From NCBI GenBank assembly GCA_033581555.1, contig JAVQSZ010000001.1, positions 9,000 through 32,999 of the forward strand: a DNA stretch of 24,000 bases. The letters run 5' to 3'. The notes under the pieces were generated by a model. It ran no database searches, was not told the origin of the DNA, and saw nothing but the letters and a program-made list of their open reading frames with translations. Below are positions 8,231 to 13,982 of this stretch, piece by piece. Position 1 is the stretch's first letter. The number at the start of each line of letters is the position of its first letter. The position numbers and the translations under genes are program-made. The DNA comes from Nitrososphaerota archaeon. Its GTDB lineage: Archaea > Thermoproteota > Nitrososphaeria_A > Caldarchaeales > Calditenuaceae.

Positions 8231-8749
8231 ATGAGGTTCAACAACGTCGACCTCGAGAGGGTCTCCAAGACCGTCGAGCTGCTGAAGTCTGACCCGGGGA
8301 AAGCAGTCAGGAACATCGAGGTGAGCGGACAGTGGGTGACAGAGCCGAGCGACGTTCAGTTCGTCGCGAGGTGCAAGGCCGAGTCGGGGGAGTTCAGGAT
8401 CGAGGTCGACTCGCCGAGCTTCCTCGGGGGGAGCGGGAGCAGGCCGGGCCCGATGCACTACTGCTTGGTCGGGATGACCTCGTGCTTCATGGCGACGCTC
8501 GTCGGGATCGCGGCCGAGAAGGGCGTGAGGCTAACAGCCGCTGAGGTCAAGGGGTCCTGCGAGGTCGACTTCTCTAAGCCGCTGGGGATACAGGACCGGC
8601 CGATCGTCAGGTCAGTGAGGTTCGAGGTCAGACTGTCCGGCGACGCGCCGAGGGAGGCGATGGAGCGGCTGGTGGAGGAGGCCAAGGACCGGTGCCCGGC
8701 GATCTACAGCCTAAGGACCCCAATCGAGCCGCAGGTCGCCTTGCTTTAG
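8231..8749 (+). CDS. OsmC/Ohr-family peroxiredoxin-like protein, 172 aa
   Basis: FLGGSGSRPGPMHYCLVGMTSCF...EAKDRCPAIYSL carries the two conserved OsmC cysteines. I start at ATG 8231 because the track ORF from 7913 overlaps pheS antisense. Confidence 0.85.
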   Translation: MRFNNVDLERVSKTVELLKSDPGKAVRNIEVSGQWVTEPSDVQFVARCKAESGEFRIEVDSPSFLGGSGSRPGPMHYCLVGMTSCFMATLVGIAAEKGVRLTAAEVKGSCEVDFSKPLGIQDRPIVRSVRFEVRLSGDAPREAMERLVEEAKDRCPAIYSLRTPIEPQVALL

Positions 8750-8802
8750 AACCGCTTGGAAGGCGAGGACGGCGACAAAAACTTAACTACCGACGGGCAG
8801 AA

Positions 8803-9483
8803 ATGAATTTAGAGGGCTTGAGGGCCGAGAGGTCCCAGGACCTTCTGCTCCTCCTCGAGGGAGCTGGCAGGTTAGTCCAGGGCCTCGCTGTCGGTCCCGT
8901 GATCTACCTGAGGGCCCTCTTCGCGCTCAACAGGGTGAGCATGATCAGCAGGTCGGCTCTGGGCGCGAGGCTCGGAGTCGGAGAGGGGACCGCAAGGACG
9001 ATCATCAGGAGGCTGGCCCAGCGGGGGCTGGTGAACGTGATCAGGTCGGGATGCCACCTGAGCGACCAAGGCAGGGAGTTCCTCCGGAAGCTGTCGGAGT
9101 TGATGACCGAACCGAGACTAATCGGGCTCGAGGAGGTCTGGAGGTACGAATACAGCGTGGGCGTCGTCGTAAGGAGGGCATCGGGACACGTTGGGAGGGG
9201 CCTCGACGAGCGCGACGCGGCGATCAGGTACGGAGCGGAGGCCGCGATGGTCCTCAGCTACGTCTCGGGGAGGGTCATGATGCCCGAGGTCAGCGACGTC
9301 TCCGAGGAGCACCCCGAGTTCGCGAGGAAGTTGCTGAACGAGCTCGGCCCGGGAGAAGGTGACGTCATGCTGATCGCCGGAGCAAGGGGATTTCATGCCG
9401 CTGAGTCCGGCGCACTCGGGTCTGCTGTGTATCTGACGAGGAAGGTGCTCAGGTCGGGCGTCATGCCTGCAGGGACCGATTGA
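8803..9483 (+). CDS. Winged-helix DNA-binding protein with an uncharacterised C-terminal domain (resembles archaeal DUF4443-type proteins), 226 aa
   Basis: The HTH-like segment is ISRSALGARLGVGEGTARTIIRRLAQRGLVNV. The C-terminal ~130 aa have no motif I can name. I start at ATG 8803; the track ORF from 8692 overlaps the osmC end. Confidence 0.55.
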   Translation: MNLEGLRAERSQDLLLLLEGAGRLVQGLAVGPVIYLRALFALNRVSMISRSALGARLGVGEGTARTIIRRLAQRGLVNVIRSGCHLSDQGREFLRKLSELMTEPRLIGLEEVWRYEYSVGVVVRRASGHVGRGLDERDAAIRYGAEAAMVLSYVSGRVMMPEVSDVSEEHPEFARKLLNELGPGEGDVMLIAGARGFHAAESGALGSAVYLTRKVLRSGVMPAGTD

Positions 9484-9530
9484 AACTGATCCTAGAGCAC
9501 TCTCTCGCGGACCGAGAATCACTGACCCGA

Positions 9531-9621
9531 CGGGCCCGGTGGGAATCGAACCCACGACCTTCCGGTCTCAGTGACCGCTCGAGCCTAACAGCCGGGCGCT
9601 CTACCGCTGAGCTACGGGCCC
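9531..9621 (-). tRNA. tRNA-Asn(GUU) with a 19-nt intron after position 37
   Basis: Reverse strand: GGGCCCG-TA-GCTC-AGCGGTA-GAGC-G-CCCGG-CTGTTA[GGCTCGAGCGGTCACTGAG]A-CCGGA-AGGTC-GTGGG-TTCGATT-CCCAC-CGGGCCC-G. The acceptor, D and T arms are perfect, with U33 and A37 present and no encoded CCA. The isotype depends on my intron placement, and 27:43 would be a C.A mismatch. Confidence 0.8.
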
Positions 9622-9634
9622 GGCGATGAAATCG

Positions 9635-9659
9635 ACGATTACGTCTTAAACGTAATCGT
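9635..9659 (-). promoter_or_regulatory. tRNA-Asn promoter: a TATA-like box embedded in a perfect 9-bp inverted repeat
   Basis: ACGATTACG-tcttaaa-CGTAATCGT. On the minus strand the loop reads TTTAAGA, ending 23 nt upstream of tRNA position 1 (9621). Confidence 0.5.
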
Positions 9660-10008
9660 GAGGGGGCGTTAGCACGGGACGAATCGCGTGACTCCTCGAA
9701 CTACTCGCGGTCGAAATCGCGAGGCGCTGAGCAAGGCGCGTCGACTTCGGTCCCGCACCTACGGCCCCCCTTCCGGCTCCGAGATCTGACTGAGCAACCC
9801 ATTCGATCACCCCACGGCGCGCTAGGATCGCGACATCACCGTTGCAGCGGTTCGCCGCACTTCATCTCGTGACGACAGCCGACGCAGAAATTAGCCGAAG
9901 TTACTCTGTTCGCCCTCGTTCGGTACTCGCGCGGCTCTTATGTCCTCACTTGGCCGGGAAGAACGGCTCTAGGTGTCCGACGGACGGGAGGCCCCTATCG
10001 CAGACACC

Positions 10009-10017
10009 TTTTAGTTA
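10009..10017 (+). promoter_or_regulatory. TATA-like box of psmB
   Basis: TTTTAGTTA is centred about 27 nt upstream of ATG 10040, consistent with a leaderless psmB mRNA. Confidence 0.4.
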
Positions 10018-10039
10018 CAGTGCAGCAGACGACTGAGCG

Positions 10040-10714
10040 ATGCCGAGCCTCAGTGCGAACGCCGGACTGCAGACGCTGAAGACCGGGACGACGACGCTCG
10101 CCTTCACGGTGAACGACCTCGTGGTCTTCGCGACCGACACGAGGGCCACCGCGGGCTTCTTCATCGCCCACAAGCGCGCCAAGAAGATCCACAAGGTGGC
10201 AGACAACATGGCCATGACTATAGCTGGAAGGGTTGCGGACGCTCAGGCCCTGGTCGACCTGCTGAGGGCGAACGTCAGGCACTACCAGGTCGTCCACGGC
10301 AAGCAGATGCAGGTGAGGGCCGCGGCGACGCTCCTCTCGACCTACATGTTCTACTACAGGTTCTTCCCCTATCAGACCCAGCTCCTGATCGGGGGCTACG
10401 ACGAGACCGGGCCCCACATCTTCAACATCGATCCGCTGGGCGGGATAACCGATGAGAGGGTCGTCAGCACCGGCTCGGGCTCCCCGATCGCGCTGGGCGT
10501 CCTCGAGTCCGAGTTCAGGGACGGGATGGGCCTCGACGAGGCGATCGAGCTGGCGTACAAGGCGGTCGCGGTCGCGATAAGGAGGGACATAGGGAGCGGG
10601 GACAGTATCGAGGTCGCCTACATCTCTCCGGCCACGGGGTACGTGGAGCTCTCCCAGCCCGAGAAGAGGAGGCTATTCGAGAAGTACGTCAGGCCCTACC
10701 TGGTCGCGCCCTAG
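10040..10714 (+). CDS. psmB: Proteasome subunit beta (with propeptide)
   Basis: The propeptide MPSLSANAGLQTLKTG is followed by the catalytic TTTLAFTVNDLVVFATDTRAT; 224 aa. Confidence 0.9.
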   Translation: MPSLSANAGLQTLKTGTTTLAFTVNDLVVFATDTRATAGFFIAHKRAKKIHKVADNMAMTIAGRVADAQALVDLLRANVRHYQVVHGKQMQVRAAATLLSTYMFYYRFFPYQTQLLIGGYDETGPHIFNIDPLGGITDERVVSTGSGSPIALGVLESEFRDGMGLDEAIELAYKAVAVAIRRDIGSGDSIEVAYISPATGYVELSQPEKRRLFEKYVRPYLVAP

Positions 10715-11159
10715 CGGGAGAGTAGGACCGCGACGTCGGCCTCGGTCAGCGGCTTCAGGCCTCCCTGGAAGTACACGTACCACCTTGAGGGCTCGCCGAC
10801 GAAGCTCAGCCTCCCAACGTAGTCCATCAGGTCCTTCGGCTGGGGCCAGAGCCTCCCCTCGATCGTGAGGTAGTGTGTGAGCGCCGAGGACGGGGGCCCT
10901 CGACCAGCGCCGCCCGCGCGGCGTCGACCGGATGAGGCCCGCCGACTATTTTGCAGTCCCCGAGAAACTCCTTCCTCTCCTTTCCGAGCGCGAGCATTAT
11001 CCCGAGGTCTCCCGGGCTGACCTTCCTGAGGTAGGGGTTCCTGTAGGAGACGAACCATATGCCGTTCGCGACCCTCCTCTCGACGATCGCCCTCGCGGGG
11101 ATGGGCTTGCCATCGCGTCCCCTGTGGTCCTTCGCGGTCATCAGCCAGTAGTTGACCAC
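10711..11159 (-). pseudogene. Frame-split small PUA-like/EVE-type domain gene (N-part in one frame, C-part in the -1 frame)
   Basis: A GTG start at 11159 has the TATA-like CTTTTATC (11188-11181) about 25 nt upstream. Frame A reads MVNYWLMTAKDHRGRDGKPIPARAIVERRVANGIWFVSYRNPYLRKVSPGDLGIMLALGKERKEFLGDCKIVGGPHPVDAARAALVEGP. The protein-like sequence then continues in the -1 frame as PSSALTHYLTIEGRLWPQPKDLMDYVGRLSFVGEPSRWYVYFQGGLKPLTEADVAVLLSR. The junction is a C5 run at 10892-10896. The domain assignment is tentative. Confidence 0.55.
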
Positions 11160-11220
11160 GCCATCGGCCCTTCAGGAACCGATAAAAGTCTTGCCGCGAG
11201 AGCTCCTCAGGTCCAAGGGG

Positions 11221-11847
11221 TCACCGCTTGCTGAACCTGACCGCCTCCTCGATGAGGGCCTCGTGGAACGCCGTGTCGCCGGAGAGCTCCGGGTGGAAGG
11301 TCGTCCCGTAGATAGGGCCCTGCCTGACCGCGACCGGCCTCTCCTGGTACCTCGCGAGCACTTCAACCTCCGGCCCCACCTCGACGATCGATGGAGCCCT
11401 GATGAAGACCGCCCTGAAGCCCTCCCTTCCGAGCTTGGGCACCGTTATCTGGACCTCGAAGGAGTCCCTCTGCCTGCCGTAGGAGTTCCGCTCGACCGTG
11501 ACGTCGAGGACCCCGAGGATCGGCTGCCGCGTCTCGCCGACGACCCTGTCATAGACCCTGCTCGCGAGGAAGATCAGGCCTGCGCAGGTCCCGAGGACCG
11601 GGAGGCCCTCGAGGATCCTCCTCCTGAGGACGTCCAGGGACCTCGACCGCTGGGCGAGCCTGCCCATCACCGTGCTCTCGCCTCCCGGGATGACGACCGC
11701 GTCGAGCTGCTCGATCTCCTCCGGGAGCTTCGCGGTCACCACCTCGCCCTTCACATTGAGCCTCCTCATAGCCTCCCTCAGCGCGAGCAGGTGCTCCTCT
11801 ACGTCGCCCTGGAAGGTCGTGACGCCCACCTTGACCTGGTAGGCCAT
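11221..11847 (-). CDS. pdxT: Pyridoxal 5'-phosphate synthase, glutaminase subunit PdxT
   Basis: MAYQVKVGVTTFQGDVEEH..., IPGGESTV, the catalytic GTCAG, and TTFHPE. I start at ATG 11847; the track ORF to 12276 is an unsupported upstream extension. Confidence 0.9.
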   Translation of the reverse strand: MAYQVKVGVTTFQGDVEEHLLALREAMRRLNVKGEVVTAKLPEEIEQLDAVVIPGGESTVMGRLAQRSRSLDVLRRRILEGLPVLGTCAGLIFLASRVYDRVVGETRQPILGVLDVTVERNSYGRQRDSFEVQITVPKLGREGFRAVFIRAPSIVEVGPEVEVLARYQERPVAVRQGPIYGTTFHPELSGDTAFHEALIEEAVRFSKR

Positions 11848-11931
11848 TAGAGCAACACCTGGACATATGGAGTCCCTCGAGGTAAAAACGGTTGAGCCCC
11901 GCACCCCGCCCCACCGAGGCTGAGTTGGTGC

Positions 11932-11952
11932 AAAAGAGGTCAACGGAAAAAA
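11932..11952 (-). terminator. Oligo-T tract downstream of the DUF169 gene
   Basis: The minus strand reads CCTTTTTTCCGTTGACCTCTTTTGC, starting about 45 nt after the stop at 12000. Archaeal RNA polymerase terminates at T-runs. Confidence 0.35.
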
Positions 11953-11999
11953 GGATCGGGGTTCTAGCGACTCACGCGACGGCTGCGGGCGCTCGATGC

Positions 12000-12668
12000 T
12001 CACTTCGCCCTCGCGAGGGCTGCGACCTTCCTCTCGGTCCCGACGACCCTGCGGAGCGACCTCACGACCTCCTCCAGCCTTTCGGCTGGGATGAAGGCGA
12101 CCAGCTCGTCGGGGCCGTAGCCCGCCCTCGTCCTGCTCGCGGTGCACCCCATGCTGATCACGGTCCTCTTCTCGTTCAGGGCCTTCGCCATCGCCGCACA
12201 CGCGGGCTTCCCGACGATCGCGTGGTCGGTCGCGGTCATCAGGAAGAGCGCCTGCTCCGCGTTGCAGAAAAGGCAACAGACGTCGGGCTCGAATTCGACC
12301 TCCCTCATGGGCCCGTAGGAGACGGTGTTGCTGCCGTGGACGTAGGACGGGAGACCCGCGACTTCCTCCTTCGTCACCCAGCCCAGCTCTAGGAACGCCT
12401 CGACGTCCTCCAGCCCGCAGCCCGGAGCTATCTCCTCATGCCTCCTGAATCCGTGCGTCACCGAGCCTATGCTGCAGTTCATGTGCTGCTCCTTCGAGGT
12501 CGCGAAGGACTTGTTCAAGGCCTGAGTCCAGAAGACGCAGCTCGCGGAGACGGTGCCGTCGAACCTGTTCAGCCCCCTCTTGCTATCCTCCCTGAATGAG
12601 ATCGCTACCAGCGGCCTCTCGAGGTTCAGCATCTGCTCGAGCTCCTTCGCAATCTCCCTGTGGTCCAT
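12000..12668 (-). CDS. DUF169 (COG2043)-like conserved archaeal protein
   Basis: 222 aa from ATG 12668 (MDHREIAKELEQ...). Several conserved-looking Cys/Gly blocks are present (SASCVFWTQA, NCSIGSVTHG, ISMGCTASR). The family call is from memory of DUF169 and is not verified. Confidence 0.55.
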   Translation of the reverse strand: MDHREIAKELEQMLNLERPLVAISFREDSKRGLNRFDGTVSASCVFWTQALNKSFATSKEQHMNCSIGSVTHGFRRHEEIAPGCGLEDVEAFLELGWVTKEEVAGLPSYVHGSNTVSYGPMREVEFEPDVCCLFCNAEQALFLMTATDHAIVGKPACAAMAKALNEKRTVISMGCTASRTRAGYGPDELVAFIPAERLEEVVRSLRRVVGTERKVAALARAK

Positions 12669-12680
12669 CGCGCCCGGCAA

Positions 12681-12701
12681 ATTTTAGGCGCTACCTAAAA
12701 T
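12681..12701. promoter_or_regulatory. AT-rich palindrome carrying the DUF169 TATA box
   Basis: ATTTTAGG-cgcta-CCTAAAAT. The distal arm read on the minus strand (ATTTTAGG, 12701-12694) ends 26 nt upstream of ATG 12668. Confidence 0.4.
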
Positions 12702-12774
12702 ACGTTCTCGGGACGAACCGCTCTCGAACCTCAGCGACCCTAGACCCGCGGTGATTCGTCCTCGCGTTCATCGA

Positions 12775-12849
12775 CGGGCCCGCCGGGACTCGAACCCGGG
12801 ACCTCCGGCTCCGGAGGCCGGCGCCCTGTCCATGCTAGGCCACGGGCCC
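12775..12849 (-). tRNA. tRNA-Arg(CCG), 75 nt, no intron
   Basis: Reverse strand: GGGCCCG-TG-GCCT-AGCATGGACA-GGGC-G-CCGGC-CTCCGGA-GCCGG-AGGTC-CCGGG-TTCGAGT-CCCGG-CGGGCCC-G. All four stems pair, with U33 present and anticodon CCG. Confidence 0.9.
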
Positions 12850-12919
12850 TCCTCCACAGCTCCCGCGGATCTCTTGAACCTTCTCCGGCGGGTCGGCGCG
12901 AAGGGCCACGTTCGCCTCC

Positions 12920-13489
12920 TCAGGGCCTCACCAGCTCGAGCCGGTAAGTGAGTACTCCCCTCCTCAGGGACCCAACTTCGTACCCCAGCTCCGAGCCCAG
13001 CTCGAGTACCTCGTCCGCGACTGTCCCGTGCCCCGCGAACCTGCTCTTGATCGGCTCGTAGACGAAGAGCCTCCCTCCCCTCTTCAACCTCCTCCAGGCC
13101 TCTTCGAGCGACTCGCGGACCCTCTCGAAGTGGTGAAGGCTGTAGAGCATTACCGCCACGTCGACGCCCTCCCGCGGCACCCCGTCGAGCCTCCAGGCCT
13201 CGGACCTGATCGGCCTCAGGTTCTTGAGCCCCATCACCTCGGCCTTCCTCGCGAGCCTCATGACTTTGCGTTCGTCGTTATCGACCGCGTAGACGAGCCC
13301 CGTGGACCCGACCGTCTTCGCCGCTGGGATCGAGAGGTAACCGTACCCGCAACCGACGTCCAGGAGCACCATCCCCTCCCTCACGCCTATCTCCCCGAGG
13401 AGCTTCTCCGGGCCTTGGAGCGCCCTCCTCAGCCCGTTCTCGAGGACCACCTCCTCGACCCACTTCGCGGAGTTGACGAGCCAGGTCAT
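12920..13489 (-). CDS. Class I SAM-dependent methyltransferase
   Basis: Motif I VLDVGCGYGYLSIPAA, an acidic post-I residue (VYAVDND), and 189 aa. The substrate is unknown. Confidence 0.8.
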   Translation of the reverse strand: MTWLVNSAKWVEEVVLENGLRRALQGPEKLLGEIGVREGMVLLDVGCGYGYLSIPAAKTVGSTGLVYAVDNDERKVMRLARKAEVMGLKNLRPIRSEAWRLDGVPREGVDVAVMLYSLHHFERVRESLEEAWRRLKRGGRLFVYEPIKSRFAGHGTVADEVLELGSELGYEVGSLRRGVLTYRLELVRP

Positions 13490-13574
13490 CTGAACGATCC
13501 CATAGGAGGTCAGTGATTACCCGAACTCAGCTACTCGCACCGACGGCCCAGAGGTCCGCGTCGCGTCCCGGGAG

Positions 13575-13982
13575 CTACGAGATGGCCGGTCTGTACTTGA
13601 ACCCGTAGACGATGATCCCCGCGTCGCCGTCGTGGGCGATCTTCCTCACGACCCTCTCCACCGTCGTCCCGGGCCTGAGCTCTTCGGGGTCAGCGTCGGT
13701 TATCGGCGTCACGACCCTCGTCCCGTCCTCGAACTCGACGAGCCCGACCACGTAGGGCGCCAGCTCCTTGTGTTCCTCCGTGGGGGACCTCACCACCGTG
13801 AACGCGACTAGCCTCCCCCTCTCGGGGAGCTCCTCCCTCAAGAGGTTCCTCGACCTGCACCTCCTGCAGACGGTCCTCGACGTCGTGTTCACGGTCCCGC
13901 AGTTCGCGCACCTCAGGACCTCCGCCCTGTACCTGAACCTCCTGTGCCTCCAGTGGTTTTGGGGCCTGAAGTCGAACCTCAA
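13575..13982 (-). CDS. DUF35 Zn-ribbon/OB-fold protein (scaffold of the archaeal thiolase/HMG-CoA synthase complex)
   Basis: Rubredoxin-like CANCG...CRRC followed by an OB-fold-like C-terminus. The TTG start overlaps the thiolase stop (TTGA). It is the third gene of the conserved operon. Confidence 0.8.
   Translation of the reverse strand: MRFDFRPQNHWRHRRFRYRAEVLRCANCGTVNTTSRTVCRRCRSRNLLREELPERGRLVAFTVVRSPTEEHKELAPYVVGLVEFEDGTRVVTPITDADPEELRPGTTVERVVRKIAHDGDAGIIVYGFKYRPAIS

Noticed and set aside
9761-9800. Possible partial duplicate of the tRNA-Asn 3' half (shared ccttccgg..tc..ag) that could mark an integrated-element att site.
   Set aside because: The similarity is limited to about 8 contiguous nt plus scattered matches. 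No integrase or foreign-looking genes lie nearby, and the flanking genes are core housekeeping.
9660-10010. Identification of the spacer as SRP (7S) RNA or RNase P RNA.
   Set aside because: I found no GGAAAGUCC / ACAGAA-N3-GGCUUA (RNase P P4) elements on either strand. There is also no GNRA tetraloop followed at the right distance by the AGCA motif of SRP helix 8. The minus-strand GCCGGAAGGGGGGCC only superficially resembles helix 8. A covariance-model search is needed before any name is given.
9842-10036. A 64-aa TTG-started ORF in the tRNA-Asn/psmB spacer.
   Set aside because: It has no recognisable motif, an unconvincing composition, no promoter or SD context, and it runs through the psmB TATA box. 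The region is treated as non-coding or a candidate RNA instead.
11221-11847. pdxT without an adjacent pdxS considered as an anomaly.
   Set aside because: Separation of pdxS and pdxT is common in archaeal genomes. Nothing in the sequence suggests a change of function, as the catalytic Cys and His/Glu blocks are intact.
12751-12951. A 66-aa ORF on the plus strand.
   Set aside because: It is simply the antisense reading of tRNA-Arg(CCG) and the methyltransferase 3' end.
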